Below are positions 1-10,145 of a DNA stretch of 45,200 bases, one piece after another. Numbering within the stretch: the first letter of the stretch is position 1; every line of letters starts with the position of its first letter. The notes beneath the pieces were generated by a model. That model saw only the letters and a list, made by a program, of their open reading frames with translations, did not search any database and was not told the DNA's origin. The translations under genes were made by a program, and so were the position numbers. This DNA comes from Folioceros fuciformis (taxonomy: Eukaryota): positions 71,684-116,883 of the forward strand of contig JBNGIO010006131.1 in assembly GCA_049999805.1 (NCBI GenBank). The letters are read 5' to 3'.

Positions 1-157
1 TCTCACATTCACTAGTCCACCTCTACAAAGGAAGATCCCTCTCACATTCACTAGTCCACCTCTACAAAGGAAGATCCCTCTCACATTCACTAGTCCACCT
101 CTACAAAGGAAGATCCCTCTCACATTCACTAGTCCACCTCTACAAAGGAAGATCCCT
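1..157. repeat. Perfect tandem minisatellite, 39-bp unit x4 (may continue left of the window)
   Basis: TCTCACATTCACTAGTCCACCTCTACAAAGGAAGATCCC repeated head-to-tail at 1, 40, 79 and 118 with no spacers. Confidence 0.97.
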
Positions 158-820
158 TTGTAACAGGGTGAAAAAGGGTGAAACCAACACCAACTCCTGC
201 CACTTCCCATACTCTTGGAAGCGCTGTTGCTAACCATCCCTAGAGACCTCCTTCCCCCGGTGGCTTTTCCCCTCAAGTCCAACTAATAAGGGAATCGCAA
301 AGTATAGAAGGTGTACTTGCAGTAAAACATTGAGGTGTTCTCTAACACGCGCCATCAAAAATCAGAATAAATAATAAAAATAAAAGAATCTCCAAAATAC
401 TCCAGCGGAAGAAGATTCCGCTCGTTCATTCCATATTCTTCTAGGCCTAAAAATCTGTCTCAACCAAAACTGTAAATGCATGTATAATATAATGAATTCT
501 TGGAAACTTGTATTCAGTGTGTATACTTGCCGGTATGAGAGCCTGGGCTACAGGAGAGTCGCGCGCAGATACATTCAAAGAGGACTGCCATCGTGCGCCT
601 GCCGACTTCCGAGTGACTCACCGTCCTGGTTCTGGGAGAGCGGGAGCTTTTGTCTGCAAGTGTCAACAAAGAAGACGTAAGAGCTCCAGTAGACGCCAGG
701 CAAGGAAAGGAATATTTCCTAGAATCGAAGATTCCGCGAAAGCTGAGCCCGTCCGTCCTTGCTCTTGCGCATGCGCATGCTCGGGAGTGCGGGAGGTGGT
801 GCGGGCCAGCCAAGGCCATT

Positions 821-856
821 GCCATAGCCATAGCCATAGCCATAGCCATAGCCATA
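821..856. repeat. (GCCATA)6 microsatellite
   Basis: Seen directly; it produces the SHSHSH/AIAIAI/MAMAMA runs in the overlapping spurious ORFs. Confidence 0.95.
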
Positions 857-1923
857 CCACTAGCATAAGCCAGATTGCAAACCCTAGTGTGGCAAGAAGC
901 GAAAATTGTGGTGTGCAGTTGAGGTGTGGCCACGACAGAAGGCACAGGCTCGGGCGAGTCGCCACGTTCGATCGAGACGGCGCGACTGAAACCCCCGCTG
1001 CATGTGCACGACGTAGGGCGGCATAGGAGCGCACAGCCTGGACAGTGAGGAGGACCACAGAACTGAACTCTCATTGGCGGACGCCGATCGTGAACCACGC
1101 GTGGTTCACGGGGCGGCGGTCCTGGGACAGGAAGGAAACAAGCGCTGCGTGTGCCAAAGCAGGGCACTGCTGCGGGAGAACGGGAAACGTGGCTTGTGTC
1201 GTCGCCTGGGGGTCTACCTCCCTCTTACTTCGTGCCCTTTATCCTGCAGGCAGCACACACGATCGGGCAGTGAAAATTAGGGTTTGGTAACGGGAGGTAG
1301 AGAGGCAGAGGCCGAGGCCCGGCAGCGGTGTGCTTACATAGAGGCAGAGGCCGAGGCTCTCAGGCAGCGGCTTGCTTCCATCGAGCGGTCTGTTCTTGGC
1401 TGGGGCCCTGTCGTGGCGGTGCTGGTGTTTGTTGCGGGCAGGGACTTGCTCTGCTCCTGTTTGCGGTTTGGTGCAACGGAGTCGGGCGAGAGAGATCTGT
1501 GGCGGGTTTTGGGATCTGCACTCTGGTAGGGGAGGCTCGGTGCTCGTGAGTTGTGGTTGGGGCGGCGCACGGGGTGCTGAACGGATGGTAGGACGCTTGA
1601 TGCATACTAGTGAGGCGGGCGAACCCGCCGCTGGCTCTGCGGGCTCCGCTGCTCGCATGTCATCTTCATGCTTGTGCTGCCGAGCCGGGTTGGTCACGCT
1701 CTGGGGCCACTGCAGATTTGCGTCTAGCTGGTTGGACCCCTGCTGCCGACGCCTGGATCCGTAGATTCCTCTGGGCTTTCATGGGATAAGCCTGTCTCGT
1801 AAGTGCGGTGGTTTCTTAGATCGGTTGTCTTGCGCGACCGATTCCTGGAGTGGTGGGCTCGTGAATTAGTACGGGAGCTGTACCGTGCTGGGCCTGTCAT
1901 TGTGCTGTAGAGAAATCAGCTCG

Positions 1924-2745
1924 ATGGAGAATTTGCCTTCTATCAAGGTATACCACAGGGCTTCAGAGATGGGGAGAAATGCGTCCTTGGCTACCAAGAG
2001 CAAGTTTTCTTGGAGCCAGTTTTCTAAGAGGAAGATTTCGGCATCACCCTCTGTCTCTCCTAGGGGTAGTCTACGGGAGGGAGGGGAAGGAGGAGGAGGA
2101 GCCGGATCCGAGTGTCCACGGACCTCCAAGCGCCAGCTTACGGAGAACAAGTCTTCCAAGTCCCTCTTTTCCTCTAGAACTCGGGTGAGAGTTTGTTTGC
2201 CATTAGGGTTTCTGTTGCTCCGGGCACGTGCTTCTTGTTGTTGTTGTTTTTTTTTTTTTTTTGTCTTCCACTGATCTTGCTTTTATGGATGCAGGTCAAG
2301 CCAGGTAGAGGCTGCTTTTTGGTGAATGTGACTGTGCTGGGCAGCCCTGGCCCTCTACGAATTATTGTGGATGAAGATGCGCCCGTGGAGCGCGTGATCG
2401 AGAAAGTACTTCGTGAGTATGCACGAGCTGGGAGGCTGCCTGTCCTCGGCACTGACAGCAAGCAATTCGATATGTACTGTTCCAGTTTCGATTCTGAAGG
2501 TGACCATTTACTATCATGCCATTCTGTGTATTCCCTCCTGACTGTCCGGCTGCCTTCAGTGTTCTCACCATCGTTTTGTTTGGTTAACAGCCCTGGAAAA
2601 ATCGGAGGAAATCGGCAAGCTGGGAGCAAGGCAGTTCGTTCTTTTCCGAAAGAAGCAGTCGGTTGTGGCGCCACCAATCCTGCAACCTCCGAAGTCTCGC
2701 TGGTGGAACATGATGAAGAGCTCCAAGGCTGTTGCGTCACACTGA
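1924..2745 (+). CDS. DUF7054-family plant protein (At1g70780/At4g22758-like), 3 coding exons, 206 aa
   Basis: Exons 1924-2184, 2295-2499 and 2591-2745 join in frame through GT-AG introns. Motif FLVNVTVLGSPGPLRIIVDEDAPVERVIEKVLREYARAGRLPVLG...FDMYC...ALEKSEEIGKLGARQFVL matches this family. A 5'UTR intron is likely at 1799-1910. Confidence 0.85.
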
Positions 2746-4100
2746 ACCTCCTTCCTTGGAGGACTAAACAACCCAGCCCACAAAACATGAGTGTCTGAGT
2801 CAATCGAGGCAAGCACCATCTACTTCTACGCGCTATCTTGCAACCTAACAGGTGCGAGTTGGGTTGAGAGTATCTAAGGTGTGGTTGTCTCGTACATACA
2901 TGACACTGGTTGACAGAATGCATCCGAGACCCTTTTTCCGGTCCTTGTCCTTTTTCTGGTCGGAGCTTCTGCCCACAATACTGGTGCCGGTGCGACCACT
3001 TTCTTGATGAGACTTGCTTCCTAAACCCTGGCAATAGCAGTCTTCATTGCCCAAGTCCTCCAGGGATTGCCTACGTCTTGTCTACCTCCGTTGATTTTGT
3101 ATGACGTGCTCAAGATTTTGCAATCCAAGTGTAATAAGGGTGTGCATGTTGTTTTACCGAAATCACGTTCACAACTCGGGCAGCCAGGTTATGGAAGGGG
3201 GAGCTAGGACGATCAGGCAATCCTCCTGTGGAACGACTCGTGAAATCGTTCCGTCCTACTGCCAAGTCCAGTGAGTTATCTACGGAATGGTGGGTATTGA
3301 TCGAATAATTTCTCGCGAGGATTACCTTAGTACTCGTTATGTGATACTAGACTGTAAACCATACTAAGTATTTAATTACGCACTAGATGGTGTAAGAATT
3401 TAGTAATAATTCTATATATAGATTTTTAAAATGATTAGTACAGCAGTGATTATTTTAAGTAGTGCAATCGACAAGTTCAATATCATCCAATGTAGTTTAG
3501 TTCCATTTCGTCCAATGTAGTTTAGTGCAATCCAATCTCCTTCACTTCCATCTTATTATCTATTTTTTAGGTAAATATAATTAATATTACAAGTAATAAT
3601 TAGCTAGAAGTTAAATTTGTATTAGGTGTTAAATTATACTTTTTATCTATTAAGTATTTATTTTTTTGTAAAGCTATAATTTACTATCACTAAATTGATT
3701 ATTATATAATTCGAAGTTAAAATTATCCATTTGCCATGTAGGAAGATTCCTTTCATATTCTCATCCAATTTGAGTGCGGGACTGTGTTGACATATGTCCG
3801 TATGTACCTAGATTCATAATTAAACAAGCATATTCCGAGAAATAAATGCATAGATAATTTAGCTCAGACGGCTGTGTGATGCTGGGTTAGATGAGGAGTA
3901 ATAATGATGGATATGTTTAAGCAGGAAGGAAAAGGCCTACCTACTGGTTCTCGGGAAACAAGTGAAGCCCCCAGGGCAGTATTTGAGCAGACGGCGGGCA
4001 GCGAGCTGGCCCTTCCACCAGTCGCATCAACTCCGTCTCCGCCATCTTCGATAGGTGGTCACTCCGGCCAGCGGGGTGTGCGCCAATCCATCCGCTCAAA

Positions 4101-5094
4101 ATGTTGGTCTATCAGGATCTCATCTCAGGTTTGCGATGCTGTGGCCACAGCCGAGGCCTCGGGAGTGTTTTTGCTGCCTGCTTCCCTGCTGCAAGTCTGC
4201 CCTAGCTGCTGCTGCTGCTGCCGTGCTTGGCTCACTGTGGCTCTGCTCTACTGTCGCAGGTGACGAGCTTCTCTCCGATTCCTTCCCCTACGTGGAGATC
4301 GCCAATGGTATCCTGTGGGAGGTAGAGGGCAAGGTGAGGCAAGACTGCTGCTTGTGTGCCGTGCTGGTTAGGTTTTGGAGATCGGGGGGCTGTGGTTTAG
4401 GGTTTGTGGAGTGTGGTGGAAAGGGCTTGTGACTCACCTTGGTGCCGCGGTTGCAGTGGGTGGTGCAAGGGGCCATCGATGTCGACATCGGGGCAAATCC
4501 ATCTGCGGAGGGAGGAGATGGTGAGGAAGGTGTAGACGATCAAGCCGTGAAGGTTGTGGACATCGTGGACACGTTTAGACTGCAGGTGATGTGTGTACTG
4601 CTGTTGGTGTCGGTGTCGGTTTTTCCCGATGGGGTCTGCTTGGGTTTAGGTGGCGGCTGCTGACGGGATGTGCTGCTCTTGCTCGTTTGTTCTTGCAGGA
4701 GCAACCTCCTTTCGATAAGAAAGGGTTTGTGGCCTACGTCAAAAAGTTTATCAAGACTTTGACGCCCCTGGTTCCTGAGGATCGAAGTGAATCGTTTAAG
4801 CAGAATGTGGAGGGTGCTGTGAAGTATCTCCTTGCCAAGCTCAAGGACTTGCAGTTGTAAGCTTCGCCAGCCTGCTCCCTGTGTGCGAAACTTTTCTTTT
4901 CTTGCGGCGAAGGTGGTGCATCAGGAGATTCTTGTTTTGACACGGGAGGTGGTGTTACTGTTTTGATGGTCTGCAGTTTCGTTGGAGAGAGCATGAAGGA
5001 CGACAGCTCTGTCGTGTTTGCCTACTACAAGGAGGGCGCGACTGACCCCACCTTCCTCTACTTCCGGGATGCTCTCAAGGAGGTCAAGTGCTGA
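4101..5094 (+). CDS. TCTP: Translationally controlled tumour protein, 5 exons, 168 aa
   Basis: Exons 4101-4128, 4260-4333, 4457-4585, 4699-4856, 4977-5094. [20 protein letters not shown]...IGANPSAEG...[14 protein letters not shown]...FFVGESM...[15 protein letters not shown] is canonical plant TCTP. Confidence 0.98.
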
Positions 5095-5757
5095 GCTGCT
5101 GATCTCGTACCAACCAAACTGTGCTAGTGATTTGCGTAGGGTATAGGCTGGGCCAATTTTGTCCACGCATGTTGGCTCCATCTCTAAGAACTATTAAGGT
5201 CCACCACCAGGATTTCGTTGGCAGTCCCCGCCCCCTTGCCGTGGCAACTGCTTCTGTATTCCCGATAGCATGAAAGCTGTCCAGAGTGGGATGGAATCGA
5301 ATAAAATTGGGTTGTTGTGACCTCTCGTCCTTTTCGTGGCTGTCGGTCTCTCCTCCTTTCGCGTTCCGTTTGTCTGCAAACTGTCGCGATAAACACTTCT
5401 TACGGTGAAAAGAAACTCTCAGCGGTTCTCTGCTTCAAAAGGGATCTCGCAAAGAGTCCAGTGCAGTCCACTTTGCAACATAGACTAGATGGGTTGTTGC
5501 GCATTCACGGTGCGTTCACACGAGACGAGTTTTGAGTCGACTCGTGACTCGGCAGGCATCCGCGTCGGGTGAGACGATGCCATCCGTCAAGGCCGCAGCA
5601 GAGAAGCTCAGGTCCGGCGTCTGGGGGGTGGAGAAATTTTGCTGCCGGCATCTGTCCTTTGTCGAAGTAGAAGAGAAGGCACCGGGAAGGCCTTGAGAGG
5701 GAGGTGGGTGGAGATGGCGTTCCTCGTCGTGTGACATGCAGGATCTGGGCGCATGCC

Positions 5758-6888
5758 ATGCCGTCCGCATCCTTTTGTGGGCGCCTTCTCTTCCCTCCTG
5801 CTGCCTCTTCTCCTCTTTGGGCTTCATCTGGGACGCCATGGCCGGGCAGGGTGGTGCTGGTGGGGGGCGGCGGGGGCAGGAAACGGCGGGTTCGGGTGGT
5901 GATGTCGGCTAACACGTCGCCCTCCTCCTGGGCCAAGAAGAAGCAGGAAATGGGCGGGCGCTTTGCCCAGCAGATCCTGACCCCGCTGAGCAACTTCGGG
6001 TTCGGGAAGCGCAGCCTGTGGGAGGGCGGGGTGGGTCTCTTCGTGGCATCAGGAGTCCTGCTCCTGGGCCTCACTCTGGCCTGGGTGAAGGGGTGGCAGC
6101 TGCGCAGCAGCCGCGCTCGGTACGAGGCGGTGATGGAGTTTTCCTTGGCGCAGGGTATCCAGGTGGGCACGCCCGTGCGCATCCGGGGCGTGGAGGTGGG
6201 CAGCGTGGTGGCCGTAAAGCCCAGCCTGGAGCGCATCGACGTGGTGGTGGAGATGCCGGACGCTGGGATCGTCATCCCCCGGAACGCTCTGGTGGAGGTG
6301 AATCAGTCGGGGCTCATCAACGAGACCCTCATCGACATCACGCCGCAGCACCCGCTCCCGCACCCCGTGCACGGGCCTCTGCACCCGGACTGCGCCGCCG
6401 AGGGCGCCATCGTGTGCCACCGCGAGCGCATCCGAGGGCACCAGGGGGTGAGCCTGGACGAGCTCGTCGGGGTCTGTACCCGCCTCGCCAAGCAGGTGGA
6501 CGAGCTCGGGGTGCGCAGGATGTACGGGGTTGCGGAGCGCATCACCCAGGCCGTGGAAGACGCCAAGCCTCTGCTAGGAAAGGTGGAGAACATGGCTGGG
6601 GACCTGGAGCCGCTGCTGAAGGAGCTCCGTGACGGCCAGCTCATCAAAGACTTGGAGCACTTGGCTCGGGTTGTGACCGAGGCCGGCTACGATCTCAGGA
6701 CACTTAACAAGGAGATTCTAACGTCCGAGAACACGGAGCTGCTGCGCCAGTCCATTTCCACCCTCACCAAGACGTTGAAGCATGTGGAGAGCATCAGCGA
6801 GGATGTGAGCGGGCTCACTGGGGATGCTGGAACCAGATACAACCTCAGGCAGCTCATCGAGTCCCTCAGCCGCCTAGTGGTGGACTGA
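5758..6888 (+). CDS. TGD2: TGD2-like chloroplast lipid-import protein (MCE/MlaD domain), intronless
   Basis: Transit-peptide-like N-terminus, then FGFGKRSLWEGGVGLF plus a TM helix, GTPVRIRGVEVG, IPRNALVEVNQSGL and QGVSLDELVG, all diagnostic of plant TGD2. First in-frame ATG is at 5758. Confidence 0.93.
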   Translation: MPSASFCGRLLFPPAASSPLWASSGTPWPGRVVLVGGGGGRKRRVRVVMSANTSPSSWAKKKQEMGGRFAQQILTPLSNFGFGKRSLWEGGVGLFVASGVLLLGLTLAWVKGWQLRSSRARYEAVMEFSLAQGIQVGTPVRIRGVEVGSVVAVKPSLERIDVVVEMPDAGIVIPRNALVEVNQSGLINETLIDITPQHPLPHPVHGPLHPDCAAEGAIVCHRERIRGHQGVSLDELVGVCTRLAKQVDELGVRRMYGVAERITQAVEDAKPLLGKVENMAGDLEPLLKELRDGQLIKDLEHLARVVTEAGYDLRTLNKEILTSENTELLRQSISTLTKTLKHVESISEDVSGLTGDAGTRYNLRQLIESLSRLVVD

Positions 6889-7927
6889 CTGTCTGCTTCT
6901 TGTCTCTTGTTATTCTGCTGCAAACTGTTTCTTGCTGTTCCTCCAGAGGGTATTACAAGGCGCTGCACGAAGATTTTGCCCTTCCCTTTAAATCCGAAGT
7001 CATTGTTTTCCGTCTCTTCGACATTCCTACATGTGCTTCTGCTTCTATTCTGGTGCATGCTTCGTTCATGGGGATGGTTCCTTATTTTTCATGTCAGCCT
7101 CGTTGGATTCCATTATTTGTCTGCATTCGGCGGTGATGACTCGTACAAGGTTTTGGAGCATTCTTGTCGAGGCCTTCCAGAAGCTTCTGCCCCCGTGGTC
7201 GGGTTGGAGGTGGCTTTCGGAGGGTCATTGCGCGAATGCAGTGACCGCTTGTGTTCTTTACTCATCTGAGCCAGCAATGTAGCCTAGGATGGAAGATGAT
7301 GATTCTACAGGTACTGCCTTCCAGGCCCTTGTGGATGCGGATGCTCTTGGCGTGGCCGTTCTGGGCGTGCCGACCATCTGTGCCCCTTGGCTTATGTGGG
7401 GATGCCAAGCAGTCTGATTCCTCATGAGATCATCTATCTGTGAATGTCATTGCTCTATGTTCCTTGTCATCGGGCTGAGAAGATCGTTGGTCAAGTTCTG
7501 AACTGCTGTCTGCCTACCATGTCTGTGTCATGAAACTTGGAGGAAGCCGGGCGAATCTTGGGATGGCCTGTGACGCATCTGTCTTGCCCTTTATTGGATA
7601 ACCGGATTCTGAATACCTGGTTGGCAGCCATCCTTGCAAGTGGAACCGGCGTTTGAACTAAAATTCGCGGTTTGTGTGTGAAAGCGGAACGTTTTAGGGT
7701 TAGCGAAAGGATAAGTTGAAGAGCACTAAAGAACATTGGAATCACGTTTGCTCTCGATCTTTACAAGAACTTAGGGAAGCCTTTGTGAGCTCGAAATCCC
7801 TTTCGTGCAGCGTTGGCCAATGAAATCGCAGCGAGCTAAATTCAGCCCTGCGTTGGCTACGAGGAGTCTGAATGCCTTGCCCGGCCTTAAGAGGCCTGAG
7901 ATTCTTGGTCCCTCGTAGCCGCGGAGC

Positions 7928-9381
7928 ATGTCGAAAAGCAAGATTTTGATTGTTGGTGCAACTGGCTACATTGGGAAACATGTGGCCAGGGCTAGTGCCA
8001 GGTTAGGGCATCCGACCTTCATCCTAGCACGGCCTGCCTCGTATGCCGATCCACGCAACGCAGACCTCTTCAAGTCCTTCAAAAGCGAAGGGATGAAAGT
8101 TCTCTATGTGAGATATTCAGCGCAACGTCATTCTGCTCCTCAAGGCATTCGGGCAATCACTGTTCCTTCTGAGCGTGTGCTTGTGACTTTAGGGTGACCT
8201 GGGGGATCATAAGAGCCTTGTGGCGGCTTTGAAGGAGGTGGATGTGGTGATATCAACCGTGGGAGGCCCGCAACTGAACGATCAGTTGAAGCTCATTGAT
8301 GCCATCAAGGAAGTGGGCCACATCAAGGTGACTGCTGGATTCCAGCATAGCCCTTGCCTGGGGTGAAGTGGGGCCCGGGGTGGGCGATCGCTTGCAAGCT
8401 GCTAGTTACTCCCACCCGCTCCTTGCTTGTGTGGTGCAGAGGTTCTATCCGTCGGAGTTTGGCATAGATGTGGAGAGGGCAACCATTCTCACTTCCCTCC
8501 AGGAGATGTTCCAGACCAAGATCAAAGTCAGACGGGCTGTAGAAGATGCTAAAATCCCTTACACCTATGTCATAAGCGGTGCCTTCGCCGGCTACTATCT
8601 AGGTTCCCTTGCGCAGGAAGGGAAGCACGAGCCTCCTAATAAAGGGGACAAAATCACTTTGACAATCTACGGCACTGGCAACGAAAAAGGTGTTTGCCCC
8701 GTTGCTCCCCAGGAGGTCAGCTTGGCCGCACAGAGATATGATGTCATGCGCCTTGCCATAGTCGGTGTCCTGTCCATGCCTGCAAAGCTTCACTCTGCCC
8801 TGCAAAGCTTCACTCTGCCCTGCAAAGCTTCACTCTGCCCTGCAAAGCTTCACTCTGCCCTGCAAAGCTTCACTATGCCTTGTTGACAGGTATTATTTTC
8901 TGCAGTTGTATTTATGGATGAGGCCGATATCGGCACGTACACCATCAGATCAGTGGATGACCCTAAAGCTGAGAACAAGGTGCTCTACATCCAACCGAAG
9001 AACAACATAGTGTCACAGAGGGAGGCAATAGCCTTATGGGAGAGGAAGATGGTGACTACATTTGACAAGAAGGACATCTCCGAAGTCGACTTCGTACAGC
9101 TCGTAGAAGGTCTGAAGACCACCTGCATTCCCATCCCCTTGTCCGAAGAAGATGATTGATTTCAGTACCATAATCGTCGTGCTTCCTGTACAGATTCCCC
9201 TTACCCATTAAACATGTTGCGATCGATCACGTACTCAATTTTCGTCAAGGGGGAAAGCTCTCTGCCTGTCCTACCGGCAGCAGTGGAAGCCACTCAACTG
9301 TACCCGGATGTGAAGTATGCTACGGCCAATGACATTCTCAACCGTTACATAGTAGGACAATTCGCTAGGATTTTGAAATAG
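7928..9381 (+). CDS. Isoflavone reductase-like / PCBER-like NmrA (PIP-family) reductase, 5 exons, 318 aa
   Basis: Exons 7928-8107, 8193-8327, 8440-8689, 8906-9109, 9194-9381. NADPH motif [15 protein letters not shown], conserved Lys in [22 protein letters not shown] and [11 protein letters not shown]. Confidence 0.93.
8781..8880. repeat. Intronic 20-bp minisatellite x5
   Basis: TGCAAAGCTTCACTCTGCCC repeated five times (last copy slightly diverged) in intron 3 of the reductase gene. Confidence 0.96.
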
Positions 9382-9779
9382 GACAGACTGGCAGCATTTG
9401 CCGGCATTAGTCAACTTTACCTGCTCCCTGGTGCTTAAGTCCGTCCTGCGGTGGCGACCTACTTGTGGACCATGGTTGTGTTGTCACTTGCTATGGTCAT
9501 ATGGTTCACTGAAATTAGCACTTTCTTGGCATGAAACCATGTCACAGTCATCCACAATTCGGCTTGCCTCCCCTTTCTTCAGGCCTGGAATGATGTTGAA
9601 GGAGGTTGGCAGAGACGTCTTGCTGTTTGTACTAGCAGTGATTCGGTGCCGCTTCTAGAAAGTTCGGGTGCCTTGACCTTGCTGATCACCCCATGATCCA
9701 AGTAATAATTCACAGGCTTGCCAGAGTCGGCTAGCGATTAGTGTGTTGATGTCATTGTCGGAAGCAAGAAGAAGTGGCC

Positions 9780-10145
9780 ATGTTGTTCTTCTTCTACGCA
9801 GGTGCGCGGCCTGAGGTGCGCAAGGTGTTGATGCAAAAGGCAGGAGAGGTATGTCCCCGCTGTGTGTCACCGGCTTCCCTGGTGGAGTACGACACCGTTT
9901 TCCGCATCTTCTCCATTCCCGTGTATCGCAAGGCGGGTGACAACCCCACCATATTCTGCGAGAATTGCAAGTTCTTCATGCCGCGCAAGGAGTACGGGGG
10001 AGTCAGGAGGGAGGCCACCAGCAGACAGTTTCCCAGGCAGGAGGCCCACTCCGAGCAGGCCACGGATCGGCGTTGCTGGTCTTGCTCCACATCTCTCAGC
10101 CCGACATACAAGTACTGCCCCTTCTGTGGTTCTCCTCAGACATGA
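9780..10145 (+). CDS. Small plant zinc-ribbon protein (zinc_ribbon_15-like), intronless, 121 aa
   Basis: MLFFFYAG start, CPRC...FRIFSIPVY...CENC, and C-terminal CWSC...YKYCPFCG: four CxxC pairs typical of this conserved plant family. Confidence 0.85.
   Translation: MLFFFYAGARPEVRKVLMQKAGEVCPRCVSPASLVEYDTVFRIFSIPVYRKAGDNPTIFCENCKFFMPRKEYGGVRREATSRQFPRQEAHSEQATDRRCWSCSTSLSPTYKYCPFCGSPQT

Noticed and set aside
1-157. CRISPR-like array
   Set aside because: The units are identical and contiguous with no unique spacers, there are no cas genes, and the context is eukaryotic.
508-1167. ORFs 508-1026 (+) and 514-1167 (-) as genes
   Set aside because: No recognisable domain; the low-complexity runs come from the (GCCATA)n microsatellite in GC-rich promoter-like DNA.
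5505-6647. Long overlapping and antisense ORFs across TGD2 (and 25204-25806, 27535-28377 across the F-box genes)
   Set aside because: Shadow ORFs expected from high GC3 codon usage; no motifs.
5758-6888. Cyanobacterial contamination or recent bacterial HGT of MlaD
   Set aside because: It has a transit-peptide-like leader and plant-specific TGD2 motifs, and is contiguous with spliced plant genes.
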